Positions 8,771-18,637 of a DNA stretch of 64,000 nt are shown piece by piece. This DNA comes from Elusimicrobiales bacterium (GTDB taxonomy: Bacteria; Elusimicrobiota; Elusimicrobia; Elusimicrobiales; UBA9959), in contig JAMPXK010000007.1 of NCBI GenBank assembly GCA_023701245.1, positions 1,733-65,732 of the forward strand, in the 5' to 3' direction. Numbering within the stretch: the stretch's first letter is position 1; the number at the start of each line of letters is the position of its first letter. The translations under genes and the position numbers were made by a program. The notes under the pieces were generated by a model. It worked only from the letters and a program-made list of their open reading frames with translations, was not told where the DNA came from and made no database searches.

Positions 8771-9253
8771 CTAATGCCCGCCGCCCCGGAGCATCTCCAG
8801 GGCGTGCGGTATCAGGTCCAGCACCGCTTCCAGGGATTCCTTCACGGCCTTGGGGCTGCCGGGCAGGTTCAGGATGATGGTGCCGCCGCGTATGCCGCAG
8901 ATGCCGCGCGAAAGCGCGGCTTTTTTCGTCTTCCTGAGCCCTTCGGCGCGCATCAGCTCCGGCAGGCCGGGGATATTCTTTTCCAGCACCTGGGCGGTGG
9001 CCTCGGGCGTGACGTCGCGGCCGCTGAAGCCGGTGCCGCCTGTAGTGACGGCCACGTCGACCCTGAGCGTGTCGCAGTAATGCAGCAGTTTCTCTTTGAT
9101 GGCGGGGATCTCGTCGGGCACCAGGTCGTAGGCGGCCACGCGGCCGCCTATGGCCTTCACCATTTCACCCACCAGCTTGCCGCTGACGTCCTCGGCTTCG
9201 CCGCGGGAGCAGCGGTCGCTGGAGGTAAGTACGGCTATTTCAATAAAGGCCAA
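8771..9253 (-). CDS. mog: Molybdopterin adenylyltransferase (MogA/MoaB family)
   Basis: LTSSDR, TTGGTGFSGRDVTPEAT, LSRG, NLPGSPKAV; TTG start with GGAG SD. Confidence 0.9.
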   Translation of the reverse strand: MAFIEIAVLTSSDRCSRGEAEDVSGKLVGEMVKAIGGRVAAYDLVPDEIPAIKEKLLHYCDTLRVDVAVTTGGTGFSGRDVTPEATAQVLEKNIPGLPELMRAEGLRKTKKAALSRGICGIRGGTIILNLPGSPKAVKESLEAVLDLIPHALEMLRGGGH

Positions 9254-9689
9254 TGGGGTCTCCCACGGCGATCTCGCCGCCTTCCACGACTTCCGCGAAA
9301 ATGCCCTTTCGCGGCATTATGCAGTCTCCCACCTGATGGTAGATGGCGCAGCGGCTGTGGCATTCTTTGCCTATCTTGGAGATTTTCAGCACGGCGGTAC
9401 TGCCGGCGCGGAGTTTATCGCCCAGCTTCAGGGCGGCCAGGTCCAAGCCCTCGGTGGTAAGGTTCTCCGCGTAAATACCGGGGCGGATCTCCACCCCGGC
9501 GCCTTTGGCCCTGGCATCGGCCATCTGGCCGCGCACGCTTTCCATGTCCAGCAGGCTGACCTGGCGGACGTCGGTACCGGCATGGGCGTCCCCGGCTATG
9601 CCAAGGCCTTTTACCAGCACGGCCTTCTGAACGCCCTCTTTCGGGACGCCCTTGGCGGCGCTGCAGTTTATCGAGAAGATCTTTCCCAT
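9240..9689 (-). CDS. MOSC-domain protein
   Basis: GIAGDAHAG, RQVSLL, PGIYAENLTT, IGKECHSRCAIY...CIMP; TAATG coupling to moaC. Confidence 0.88.
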   Translation of the reverse strand: MGKIFSINCSAAKGVPKEGVQKAVLVKGLGIAGDAHAGTDVRQVSLLDMESVRGQMADARAKGAGVEIRPGIYAENLTTEGLDLAALKLGDKLRAGSTAVLKISKIGKECHSRCAIYHQVGDCIMPRKGIFAEVVEGGEIAVGDPIGLY

Positions 9690-10117
9690 TAATCGCGCTT
9701 GTAATGCCCGCTTTTGCCGCCCAGCTTCTCCAGCAGGAAAATTTCGCCTATCTCCAGGTCCTGGGCGTACATCTTGCACATGTCGTAAATGGTGAGGGCC
9801 GCGGCGCTGGCGGCCACCAGGGCCTCCATCTCCACGCCGGTCTTGCCCGTGCAGCGGGCCTCGGTGGTTATGCGCACCCCCGCTTTTTCCACCTTGAACT
9901 CCACTCCCACGAAATTCAGCGGCAGGTTATGGCACAGCGGGATAAGCCCGGCGGTGTTCTTGGCGGCGAGGATGCCGGCGAAGCGCGCGGCCTCCAGCAC
10001 GTTCCCCTTGGCCAGCGTGCCGGCTTTTATCAGCCGGACGATGGCGGGGGTAAGGCGTATGTACGCCTGCGCCCGCGCGGTGCGCCTGGTATCTTTTTTA
10101 TCGCCTACGTCTATCAT
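9689..10117 (-). CDS. moaC: Cyclic pyranopterin monophosphate synthase
   Basis: MIDVGDK, LIPLCH, TGVEMEAL, IYDMCK, KLGGKSG. Confidence 0.95.
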   Translation of the reverse strand: MIDVGDKKDTRRTARAQAYIRLTPAIVRLIKAGTLAKGNVLEAARFAGILAAKNTAGLIPLCHNLPLNFVGVEFKVEKAGVRITTEARCTGKTGVEMEALVAASAAALTIYDMCKMYAQDLEIGEIFLLEKLGGKSGHYKRD

Positions 10118-10125
10118 AGCAGCCC

Positions 10126-11082
10126 CTACCCGCCTATACTGCTCATCTCGACATGACCCGCCGAAGGCGAGTCTTTCCTGTAACTAGATTTTACTAAAAA
10201 TATCTTTTTAATACGGTCGTCCAGGACCGCGTCGGGCGCGCCGCCGCGCAGCAGGTCCTTAAGGCCGTGAGTGGCCGGCGAGAACAGGCAGGGATAGACC
10301 CGGCCCGCGCAGTCCATGCGCACCCGGTTGCAGCTGCCGCAGAAATAGTCGCTGCGGCCGCTGATAAACCCCACGCGGCCCTTGGCGCCGCGCAGCCTGT
10401 AAACGCTGGCGGGTCCGTCGGAAGCGGCGGCCGGCAGCCGCTCCAGGGGTCCCAGGGCGTCCTCTATCCTGCGCTTGGTTTCCGCGGTGGTGAACAGCGC
10501 GCCCTTAAGGCGGGCGGACCGCTCGTTGGCCGGGTAAAACTCTATGAACCGCACGGTAAGCGGCAGCTCCAGGGAAAGCCGCGCGAAGTCGGCGGCTTCG
10601 CCGTCGTTCAGGCCCTTCATAAGCACGGTATTGAGCTTCACCCCGGAGTACCCGGCGGCCAGAGCGGCGCTTATCCCCGCCCAGACCTTGTCCAGCCCGG
10701 AAGAGCCGGTGATCTTCCTGAAAGTCTCTTCCCTGAGGGAGTCCAGGCTGATGTTGACCCTGTCCAGGCCGGCTTCGCGCAGCGGACCGGCCAGTTTGCC
10801 CAGCAGCAGGCCGTTGGTGGTCAGCGCCAGTTCCCTCAGGCCGGGAACGGCGGCGAGCATCCCCACCAGGCCCACCACGTTCTTCTTTACCAGAGGCTCA
10901 CCGCCGGTAAGGCGGATCTTCCTTACGCCAGCCCGCACGAAAGCCGCGGCGGCGCGCGTCAGTTCCTCGTGGCGCAGCAGTTCCTCATGCCGGAGGAACT
11001 TCCCCTTCTCCAGCGGGGTACAGTAGACGCAGTTAAGATTGCACCTGTCGGTAAGCGACAGCCTGAGGTAATCTACAGCCAT
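10126..11082 (-). CDS. moaA: GTP 3',8-cyclase
   Basis: YLRLSLTDRCNLNCVYC, LTGGEPL, FCGSCNRVR...PCLF, C-terminal MSSIGG. Confidence 0.95.
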   Translation of the reverse strand: MAVDYLRLSLTDRCNLNCVYCTPLEKGKFLRHEELLRHEELTRAAAAFVRAGVRKIRLTGGEPLVKKNVVGLVGMLAAVPGLRELALTTNGLLLGKLAGPLREAGLDRVNISLDSLREETFRKITGSSGLDKVWAGISAALAAGYSGVKLNTVLMKGLNDGEAADFARLSLELPLTVRFIEFYPANERSARLKGALFTTAETKRRIEDALGPLERLPAAASDGPASVYRLRGAKGRVGFISGRSDYFCGSCNRVRMDCAGRVYPCLFSPATHGLKDLLRGGAPDAVLDDRIKKIFLVKSSYRKDSPSAGHVEMSSIGG

Positions 11083-12254
11083 GAGATGAATTTCGCCTTT
11101 TCGCCTTTCTTTACGGCGCCGTTCTCCTTCACCATCGTAAAGCCGCCGGCCGCGGCCAGCGCCAGAATGTCCGCCGAGCCGTTATTGGAGATCTCTTTCA
11201 GCGAGAACCGGGCGTCTACGCCTACCGTGGAAAGCATCATGGCCCGGCGCGGGGTGCGGGGTTCGAAAGCCGCGGCGCAGACGCCGTCCAGGAAGACCGG
11301 CGCGAAGTCGGGGCGGCCGGCCATCTTGCGGATGGCGGGCCGGATATAGGCGAGGTAGGCCATAAAGTTGGCCACCGGGTTGCCGGGAATGCCGAATACG
11401 AGCGTGCGGCCCCTTACGCCGAAGAACATGGGCTTGCCGGGACGCACGCGCACGGCGTGAAAAAGTTTTTTTACGCCGAGTTCTTCAAGCACGCCGGGCA
11501 CCAGATCATAGTCGCCCATGGATACCCCCCCCGAGACCAGGGCGATATCCGCTTTCAGGGCTTTCGCCAGGGCGGCCCGGAGTTTTTTGTGCTCGTCGCG
11601 GACTATCACCGGCGCCGCGCCAATGCCGTCGGCTTTCAGCAGGGCTGAAAGCATGGGGCCATTGCTGTTGTAGATCCGGTCCTTGCCGAGGGGCTTGCCG
11701 GGCGGCACTATTTCTCCTCCGGTATTTATCAGCGACACCGAAGGCAACCGGCCGCATTTCACGGTACCCCGGCCGGCGGCCGCCAGGGCCGCCACGTGCT
11801 GCGCGCCGATTACTGTCCCGCGCCGCATTATCACCCGGCCTTTCTTTATGTCCTCGCCGCGCAGCGCTATGTTATCTCTTTTGCCCGCGTTCTTGGAGAA
11901 CCACACCAGGCCGCCGCTCTCCGCAGAGTACTCCACCATTATAACGGCGTCGGCGCCGGCCGGCACGGGCGCGCCGGTCATGATCTTGACGCAGCAGCCG
12001 GAAGCCAGCCTGCCCCTGAAACTTTTTCCGGCCTGTATAAGGCCAAGACATCTGAAGCCGCGGCCGGGCTTCACGTCCGCGGCGCGCACGGCGTAGCCGT
12101 CCACGGCGCTTTTGTCGAAAGGCGGCATGTCCAGGGCGGAACGTATCTCTTCGGCCAGCGCGCGGCCCACGGCGTCTTCCACGCGGACCAGGACCGGCGG
12201 CAGCGGCCGGGCGCTCTTCATCACCACTTCCATCGCCTCTTCGAAAGTTATCAT
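11073..12254 (-). CDS. moeA: Molybdopterin molybdo/tungstotransferase
   Basis: PPFDKSAVDGYAV, IMTGAPVP, IYNSNG, SGGVSMGDYD, RPGKP, IPGNPV. Confidence 0.93.
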   Translation of the reverse strand: MITFEEAMEVVMKSARPLPPVLVRVEDAVGRALAEEIRSALDMPPFDKSAVDGYAVRAADVKPGRGFRCLGLIQAGKSFRGRLASGCCVKIMTGAPVPAGADAVIMVEYSAESGGLVWFSKNAGKRDNIALRGEDIKKGRVIMRRGTVIGAQHVAALAAAGRGTVKCGRLPSVSLINTGGEIVPPGKPLGKDRIYNSNGPMLSALLKADGIGAAPVIVRDEHKKLRAALAKALKADIALVSGGVSMGDYDLVPGVLEELGVKKLFHAVRVRPGKPMFFGVRGRTLVFGIPGNPVANFMAYLAYIRPAIRKMAGRPDFAPVFLDGVCAAAFEPRTPRRAMMLSTVGVDARFSLKEISNNGSADILALAAAGGFTMVKENGAVKKGEKAKFISWL

Positions 12255-13315
12255 AGTTCCCTCTTTATAAGGTGCGCGGCGGTCGCCTTGAACGAGGCGT
12301 ACACTTGCGCGCCGGCCTTTAAGCCCAAGCCGTCCACCAGCTGCTTGGTCACGGCGGCCTGCAAGGTAAAACCGCAATCCAGTTCCACCTTATACTCCAG
12401 CCCCCACGGGGCCACCGAAACCACTTCCGCCTTAAAATTGTTGCGCCGCCCGCCGGCATCCGCGTTCAGGGAAACGCTGACGTCCTCGGGCCGCAGACAG
12501 AAGAACACGCTGTCGCCGGCCCCGCAGGAAGAAACCGCCATCAGCGTCCGGCCCCCGGCCTCTACCGAGCAGAGGTTCTCGCTATTGGCGGCCACGCGCC
12601 CGGGCAGGATGGTCTCCACCCCAACGAAATCCGCCACTTCTTTGGAAGCGGGCCGGGAGAAGATCTCCTGCGGCTCGCCTTGCTGCAGTATGCGACCGTT
12701 CACCAGCACCGCCAGCTTGTCGGCCAGCGTCAGCGCACCGGCCTGGTCCTGCGTCACCAGCACCACGGCGGCCCCGGAGGTTTTTATGACCTTGCGCAGG
12801 TCTCGGGCAATAGAGTCCTTTACCCGTTCGTCCAGGGCGGCGAACGGTTCGTCGAGCAGCAGCAGCTTCGGCCTGGTGACAAAGGCCCGCGCCAGGACGG
12901 CGCGGTGGCTTTCGCCCTGGGAAAGGGTCTTGGCGTTGCGCTCTTTGAGGTGCGCGATGCGCAACAGCTCCAGCGCCGCGTCCACCGCGGCGGCGTCGCG
13001 CAGGCCCCGCAGCCGCAGCGGCAGGGCCACGTTATTAAAAACGGTATCGTTGAGCAGGTAAGGCTGCGACAGGACGGCTGCCATGGCCCGGCGCAACGGC
13101 AATTTATTGGCGGCCGCCAGCGCGTCGCGCCCCATGATCTCCAGGGTCCCGGCGGCAGGCTTGTTCAGCAGCGCCATGGCATTGAGCAGGGTGGTCTTCC
13201 CCGCGCCGTTGGGACCGATGATGGCGAACACCTCGCCTTCGCGGATGCGGAGCGACTCCACCTCCAGCCTGAAGCCGGAGTCGAAAGCGAGGCGCAGGCC
13301 GGAGAGCTTTATCAT
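12251..13315 (-). CDS. tupC: Tungstate ABC transporter ATPase with TOBE domains
   Basis: GPNGAGKTT, LSQGE, LLLDEPF, C-terminal TOBE-like; operon with tupAB. Confidence 0.85.
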   Translation of the reverse strand: MIKLSGLRLAFDSGFRLEVESLRIREGEVFAIIGPNGAGKTTLLNAMALLNKPAAGTLEIMGRDALAAANKLPLRRAMAAVLSQPYLLNDTVFNNVALPLRLRGLRDAAAVDAALELLRIAHLKERNAKTLSQGESHRAVLARAFVTRPKLLLLDEPFAALDERVKDSIARDLRKVIKTSGAAVVLVTQDQAGALTLADKLAVLVNGRILQQGEPQEIFSRPASKEVADFVGVETILPGRVAANSENLCSVEAGGRTLMAVSSCGAGDSVFFCLRPEDVSVSLNADAGGRRNNFKAEVVSVAPWGLEYKVELDCGFTLQAAVTKQLVDGLGLKAGAQVYASFKATAAHLIKREL

Positions 13316-14013
13316 CGCGTCAGCACCTTGTTCTGCTGGATGACGGTGAGCGCTAAATTCACTATAAAGCCCAGCGCAAGCAGCACCAGGCCAATGGCTA
13401 TGGCCATGTCAAAATTCCCCATCTGGGTTTCCATAACGGTGGCGGTGGTGAGCATGCGCGTCTGGTGGCGGATATTGCCGCCCACTATCATCACGGCGCC
13501 GACTTCCGCCACCAGCCGGCCGAAACCGGCTATCACCGCGGCCACTATCGTAAGACGTATTTCCTTGAGACAGATCCAGACGGCCTGCCGGTCGCTGGCG
13601 CCCAGCGCCAGGATCTGGTTGTAGAACTTGGGGTCCACGTTCTGCATGGCGGAGATGGACAGCGCCGTGATGATGGGCAGCGCTATGATGAACTGCGCGA
13701 TGATCATGCCCTTGGGCGTGTACAGCCAGTTGAGGAAACCCAGCGGCCCGCTGCGCGCGAGGAACAGCATGACCACCAGCCCGGCCACCACCGGCGGCAG
13801 GCCCATGCCGGTATTCACCAGCGCTATCAGGAGTTTTTTAAGCGGGAATTTCTTTACAGCGATCCAGCTGCCCAGCGGCACCCCCGCCAGCACGGCGAAA
13901 GCCGTGGCCGCGAGCGAGACCATAAGCGACAGCCGCGCGATGGCGAAGATCTCGGGGTTGCCCGAGAGGATAAGGTGCAGGGCCTTTTGAAAGCCCTGCA
14001 GGATGAACTCCAT
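13312..14013 (-). CDS. tupB: Tungstate ABC transporter permease
   Basis: NTGMGLPPVVAGL...RSGPLG, AEVGAVMIVGGNI...TR.LTT. Confidence 0.9.
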   Translation of the reverse strand: MEFILQGFQKALHLILSGNPEIFAIARLSLMVSLAATAFAVLAGVPLGSWIAVKKFPLKKLLIALVNTGMGLPPVVAGLVVMLFLARSGPLGFLNWLYTPKGMIIAQFIIALPIITALSISAMQNVDPKFYNQILALGASDRQAVWICLKEIRLTIVAAVIAGFGRLVAEVGAVMIVGGNIRHQTRMLTTATVMETQMGNFDMAIAIGLVLLALGFIVNLALTVIQQNKVLTR

Positions 14014-14022
14014 CAGGTTCCT

Positions 14023-14850
14023 TTACTTTACGGCGTGATCGTAGAAAAAAAGCCGCTGACCATACTTCTGAACGCCGAAATTTTCGATTATATCCCTGGC
14101 CGGCTTTGAAAGGACGAAGTCGTAGTAGGCGCGGGCGCCGCTGGCGTTTATCTTTTTGAACTTGGCCTGGTTGGCCAGGATCAGGCTATAGCGGTTCACC
14201 AGGGCTTCGTCCCCTTCGCAAAGGACCGCAAGCGCCAGGTTCTTCTTCATGGACAGCCAGGTAGACCTGTCCGCCAGCACATAGGCCTTCTTTTCGCCGG
14301 CTATCGAGAGGGTCCCGGCCATGCCCTGCCCGGCTTCCAGGTAGGCCGCCGCCGCCGGCCTGGCCCCGGCGGCAGCCCAGAGTTTAAGTTCCTTTTTGTG
14401 CGTACCGCTCTGGTCCGCGCGCGAAACGAACAGGGCCCCTGAAGCGGAAATTTTAGCCAAAGCCTCCGCGGCTGTTTTCGTTCCTTTCACTTTAGCCGGG
14501 TCCGCGGCCGGGCCCAGCAGCACAAAATCGTTATGCATGAAGGTCACGCGGCCGGTGCCGTACCCCTCGGCCACGAAACGCACCTCGTCTTCCGGGCTGT
14601 GCACCAGGAGGAGGTCCGCCTCTCCGGTGCGGCCCAGCTGCATGGCCTGCCCGGACCCCACGGCGATGGCCTGGAGCTTGTATTTGCCGTCATTCTGGAA
14701 GGCTTCATTGAGCGCGTCCAGCAGGCCGGTGTCGCGCACGCTGGTAGTGGTGGCCAGCCGTACGGTATCATCGGGCGGCTGACATTCCTGGCAGCAGGAG
14801 GAAAGAACCAGAGCTGCGAACGCTGAAAGAAGGAATTTTAATTTTTTCAT
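14023..14850 (-). CDS. tupA: Tungstate-binding periplasmic (lipo)protein
   Basis: LATTTS tungstate signature, AVGSGQA, SRADQSGTH; lipobox-like LSSC. Confidence 0.9.
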   Translation of the reverse strand: MKKLKFLLSAFAALVLSSCCQECQPPDDTVRLATTTSVRDTGLLDALNEAFQNDGKYKLQAIAVGSGQAMQLGRTGEADLLLVHSPEDEVRFVAEGYGTGRVTFMHNDFVLLGPAADPAKVKGTKTAAEALAKISASGALFVSRADQSGTHKKELKLWAAAGARPAAAAYLEAGQGMAGTLSIAGEKKAYVLADRSTWLSMKKNLALAVLCEGDEALVNRYSLILANQAKFKKINASGARAYYDFVLSKPARDIIENFGVQKYGQRLFFYDHAVK

Positions 14851-14953
14851 AGGCACCTCGACCGGCTGAGATCTTTCAATAATGATATCAAATACCACTT
14901 TTCCCTCAAAAACAGGCAAAAACCGGGATACCCCTCCGACTTTCCAGCCGGAG

Positions 14954-15931
14954 TTATGGCCTCAGAAGCTCCACCTTGGCCATGGAGCGCACATTGCGGT
15001 CCACGAAAAAGTCGGCGGTGGAGAACAGCGCGAAGCGGCCGTCTTTCCCGCTCCCCTTGTCCTGCACTATGAAGTCGGCGTTATCGCCGCGGTTGACGAT
15101 CTCGGACAGGCTGAAAGCGGCCCGGTAAGCGTCGCCGGCCGACACCACCACCAGCCAGCCGGCCGACTCCTGCGGGGGTATGCCGGCCTGCGCCAGCGCA
15201 TCCTTGAACAGGAAACCGCCGGCCTCTTTGACTTCCTTGAACCCGGTGCCGTGCCCATAGCCGGAAATCAGATATTCACGCTTGGCGGCCTTACCCGCGG
15301 ATTTCACCGCGTAAACCTTGCCGCCCTTGATCACCTGGAAAGCCGGCGCGTAGGCGGCCTTGTGCTTCTCGCCGGGGTAATTGCCCGGGGCGGACATTAC
15401 GGTAATTTTGGACGGGTTCTCTATGAACCGCGCGCTATAGAGGTCGTCGGCGCAGACCAGCCGGGAGACTTCGGGCAGCGGCCAGTCTGTTTTCTTCTTG
15501 CCCGGTGTTATGGAGCGAGCGCTCTTATAGATCAGCGACTGGAAGTTATTGCGGGCATAGTATATCTCGCCCCAGCTGAACACGGCTTTGTCGCCCTTCT
15601 CGTTCTCCACCGCCACGAACAGATCCACCTCGGGATGAAAATCCTCCCGGGCCTTTTTTATCTTCTTCGCCTCCAGGATATCGTAGAGAGCATAGCCGGT
15701 GAAGAAATAGGCTCCTTTAAAAACGGGCTTACCCTGCTCCCAGGCCAGTTCCTTTACGGCCGCGGACCGCTGCGGCAGCGCGGCCAGGTCCACCAGGCCC
15801 GGGCTCTCCACTTCGCCGCCCACGTAAACGTTTTTCACTTCGTAGTCCCGGCCGGCTCCCTGGTACAGGCTGTTCTGGGCCGCCGCCGGCGCGGCGGCCA
15901 GCAGCAGCGCCATGGGCAGAATGTTCTTCAT
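14954..15931 (-). CDS. Secreted protein with two sulfite-oxidase-like (Oxidored_molyb-like) half-repeats
   Basis: Signal peptide; internal repeat GY.LYDIL...V..E.GDKAVFSWGEI versus GF.FKDAL...V..DAYRAAFSLSEI; DFFVDRNVR. Confidence 0.6.
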   Translation of the reverse strand: MKNILPMALLLAAAPAAAQNSLYQGAGRDYEVKNVYVGGEVESPGLVDLAALPQRSAAVKELAWEQGKPVFKGAYFFTGYALYDILEAKKIKKAREDFHPEVDLFVAVENEKGDKAVFSWGEIYYARNNFQSLIYKSARSITPGKKKTDWPLPEVSRLVCADDLYSARFIENPSKITVMSAPGNYPGEKHKAAYAPAFQVIKGGKVYAVKSAGKAAKREYLISGYGHGTGFKEVKEAGGFLFKDALAQAGIPPQESAGWLVVVSAGDAYRAAFSLSEIVNRGDNADFIVQDKGSGKDGRFALFSTADFFVDRNVRSMAKVELLRP

Positions 15932-15942
15932 AGTTCTCCCTT

Positions 15943-16866
15943 TCACGCCTTCGACAGCTGCGTGGACTTGATATGCAAAAGGTATTCGGCCAGTGCCTTG
16001 TGGCGGGCCAGGCCGGCCTTGCCGGACTTCTGGTACAGGTAAAAGTAATCTTCCAGCAGCTTCAGGCGCGGGAACACATCGGCGAGCGCACCCGATCTCA
16101 GTTCTTTCAGCACGCAGTAGCGCGGCACGAAGCCCGCGCCCATGCCCTCCATCGCGGCGTTTATCACGGCGCGGATATGCGTCATTTGCGTTATGTCGCG
16201 GAACTCGGGACGTTCGGCTACGGGCAGAGCATTCAGGAAATTCCCCCACCAGCGCCCGGCCTTGTCGAGCGACAGCACCGGGCAGCGCTCCAGGTCCTTC
16301 GGCTCTTTCAGGCCGCGCCGGCGGATGAACTCGGGCGAGGCTATGACGGCGTACTCCTCACGGAACAGCGGGCGGCGGTCTATGCCTTCCACGCGGTGCT
16401 CGCGGCAGTCTATGACCATGTCCAGCTCGTCGTTGAGCAGGGGCCGCAGCAGCTCGTGGCTGAAGGTGAAGTCCACGTGCACGCCGGGATTGGCGGCGAT
16501 GAAGCCCTTGAGGTATTTCACCAGCAGGGTGGTGCCGAATTCCACCGTGGCTCCCAGCTTTATGGTGCCGCCGCCCCGGCGGCCGGCCAGCTGCTCCTGC
16601 GCCTTCTCCAACTCGTAGAAGACCGTCTCGCAGGCCTTGTAGAGGATGCGGCCCGCCTCGGTCAGCTCCAGGCCGCGGGGGGGCTTTTTGAACAACTGGT
16701 CCCCGGCAGAGCGCTGCAGTTTCTTCACGGCGTGGCTGACCGCCGGCTGCGTCACGCAGAGGCGTCTGGCGGCTTCGGTAAAATTGAGCGTCTGCGCCAC
16801 CGCGAAAAAGGCCCGCAGCTGGTACAGGTCCAGCGGCAGGCGCGGCGCAGCATTACTTTTATTCAT
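15943..16866 (-). CDS. LysR-family transcriptional regulator
   Basis: LYQLRAF..VAQTLNFTEAARRLCVTQPAVSHAVKKL, LTEAG; substrate-binding domain. Confidence 0.93.
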   Translation of the reverse strand: MNKSNAAPRLPLDLYQLRAFFAVAQTLNFTEAARRLCVTQPAVSHAVKKLQRSAGDQLFKKPPRGLELTEAGRILYKACETVFYELEKAQEQLAGRRGGGTIKLGATVEFGTTLLVKYLKGFIAANPGVHVDFTFSHELLRPLLNDELDMVIDCREHRVEGIDRRPLFREEYAVIASPEFIRRRGLKEPKDLERCPVLSLDKAGRWWGNFLNALPVAERPEFRDITQMTHIRAVINAAMEGMGAGFVPRYCVLKELRSGALADVFPRLKLLEDYFYLYQKSGKAGLARHKALAEYLLHIKSTQLSKA

Positions 16867-16888
16867 AGTTACCATTAACACTATGAAT
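16861..16888. promoter_or_regulatory. Palindromic operator between divergent LysR and pruA
   Basis: Perfect 9-bp arms ATTCATAGT-N10-ACTATGAAT overlapping the probable LysR start codon. Confidence 0.5.
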
Positions 16889-16942
16889 TATACTAATGTC
16901 GCGCCGATTGTTACCATAGTTAAAACAGCTACAGGAGGCCTC

Positions 16943-18580
16943 ATGAACACCCTCAACACCATCTTCCAGATACCCGAGCCGGTGAACGAACCCATACTCA
17001 ACTACGCCCCAGGCAGCCGGGAGCGCGCCGAGCTCAAAGCCAAGATAACCGAACTGCGCGGCCAGGTGATAGACATCCCCCTGCTCATAGGCGGCAAGGA
17101 AGTGCGCACAGGCCGTACCGTGGACATAGTGGTGCCGCATGAGAACAAGAAAGTGATAGGCCGCTTCCACAAGGCCGGCCCGAAAGAGGTGGAAATGGCC
17201 GTGCAGGCCGCGGCCGACGCGCGCGAGACCTGGGGCCGCATGCCCTGGCATGCCAGGGCCGCCATCTTCCTGAAGGCCGGGGAACTCCTGGCCACCACCT
17301 GGCGCTCTACCTTGAACGCCGCCACCATGATAGGCCAGAGCAAGAACCCCTACCAGGCCGAAATAGACTCCGCCTGCGAGCTCGTGGACTTCTACCGCTT
17401 CAATACCTGGTTCGCCGAGCAGATCCACGACCAGCAGCCATTGTCCCCCTCCGGCAGCTGGAACTACGTGGACTACCGCCCGCTGGAAGGCTTCGTCTTC
17501 GCGGTGACGCCGTTCAACTTCACTTCCATCGCCGGCAATCTGCCCACGGCCCCGGCCATCATGGGCAATACCGTGATCTGGAAGCCGGCCTCCACCGCTG
17601 TTTACTCCGGCTACTTCCTCATGAAGCTCTGGCAGGCCGCGGGCCTGCCCGCCGGCGCCATCAACATGCTGCCCGGCTCCGGCGGCGAGGTAGGCAACCC
17701 GGTCATAGCCAGCCGCGACCTGATGGGCCTGCACTTTACCGGCTCCACCGGGGTCTTCAACGGCATGTGGTCCTCCATCACCGGGAACTTCAGCCGGTAC
17801 CGCGGCTACCCGCGCGTGGTAGGCGAGACCGGCGGCAAGGATTTCATCTTCGCCCACGAGAGCTGCGATACCGAGGCGCTCAAATGCGCCATCGTGCGCG
17901 GCGCCTTCGAATACCAGGGCCAGAAATGCTCCGCGGCCAGCCGCTCCTATATCCCGCGCTCGGTCTGGAACGCCATAAAGGACGACCTGGTGGCCCAGGT
18001 GAAGAGCGTGAAGATGGGCCCGGCGGAGGACTTCACCAACTTCTTCAACGCCGTCATAGATAAAGGCGCCTTCAACACCATCAAAGAGTACATCGACTTC
18101 GCGAAGAACGCCCCCGACGCCAAGATCCTGGCCGGCGGCGGCTGCGATGACTCACAGGGCTATTTCATACAGCCCACGCTCATAGAGACCAGCAACCCCA
18201 GGTTCAGGACCATGGAAGAAGAGATCTTCGGGCCGGTGATGACCGTGTACGTCTATGAGGACGGCAAATTCGACGAGACGCTGCGGCTCTGCGATGAAAC
18301 TTCTCCCTACGCGCTGACCGGGGCCATCTTCGCCCAGGACCGCGCCGCGGTGCTGAAGGCCGAGGACGCCCTGCGCAACGCGGCGGGAAACTTCTACATC
18401 AACGACAAGCCCACCGGAGCCGTGGTGGGCCAGCAGCCTTTCGGCGGCGCAAGAGCCAGCGGCACCAACGACAAGGCCGGCTCCATCATCAACATGATGC
18501 GCTGGACCTCGCCGCGAGCCGTGAAGGAGAACTTCACCCCCCCGCATGACTACCGCTACCCGTTCATGCTGGAGAAGTAG
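16943..18580 (+). CDS. pruA: L-glutamate gamma-semialdehyde (P5C) dehydrogenase
   Basis: PVNEPILNYAPGS, QAEIDSACEL, PFNFTSI, GETGGKDF, EYQGQKCSA, NDKPTGAVVGQQPFGG; SD AGGAGG. Confidence 0.95.
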   Translation: MNTLNTIFQIPEPVNEPILNYAPGSRERAELKAKITELRGQVIDIPLLIGGKEVRTGRTVDIVVPHENKKVIGRFHKAGPKEVEMAVQAAADARETWGRMPWHARAAIFLKAGELLATTWRSTLNAATMIGQSKNPYQAEIDSACELVDFYRFNTWFAEQIHDQQPLSPSGSWNYVDYRPLEGFVFAVTPFNFTSIAGNLPTAPAIMGNTVIWKPASTAVYSGYFLMKLWQAAGLPAGAINMLPGSGGEVGNPVIASRDLMGLHFTGSTGVFNGMWSSITGNFSRYRGYPRVVGETGGKDFIFAHESCDTEALKCAIVRGAFEYQGQKCSAASRSYIPRSVWNAIKDDLVAQVKSVKMGPAEDFTNFFNAVIDKGAFNTIKEYIDFAKNAPDAKILAGGGCDDSQGYFIQPTLIETSNPRFRTMEEEIFGPVMTVYVYEDGKFDETLRLCDETSPYALTGAIFAQDRAAVLKAEDALRNAAGNFYINDKPTGAVVGQQPFGGARASGTNDKAGSIINMMRWTSPRAVKENFTPPHDYRYPFMLEK

Positions 18581-18594
18581 GTCCGGCGGAAAAT

Positions 18595-18630
18595 AAAAAA
18601 AGACCCGGGGGTGTTCCCCGGGTCTTTTTT
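18595..18630. terminator. Bidirectional intrinsic terminator
   Basis: A-run, GACCCGGGG/CCCCGGGTC stem, T-run, between convergent genes. Confidence 0.8.
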
Positions 18631-18637
18631 ATGCCGG

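Noticed and set aside
9230-9260. Possible frameshifted MOSC-MogA fusion
   Set aside because: mog has its own TTG start with a GGAG SD overlapping the MOSC end, which fits two coupled genes
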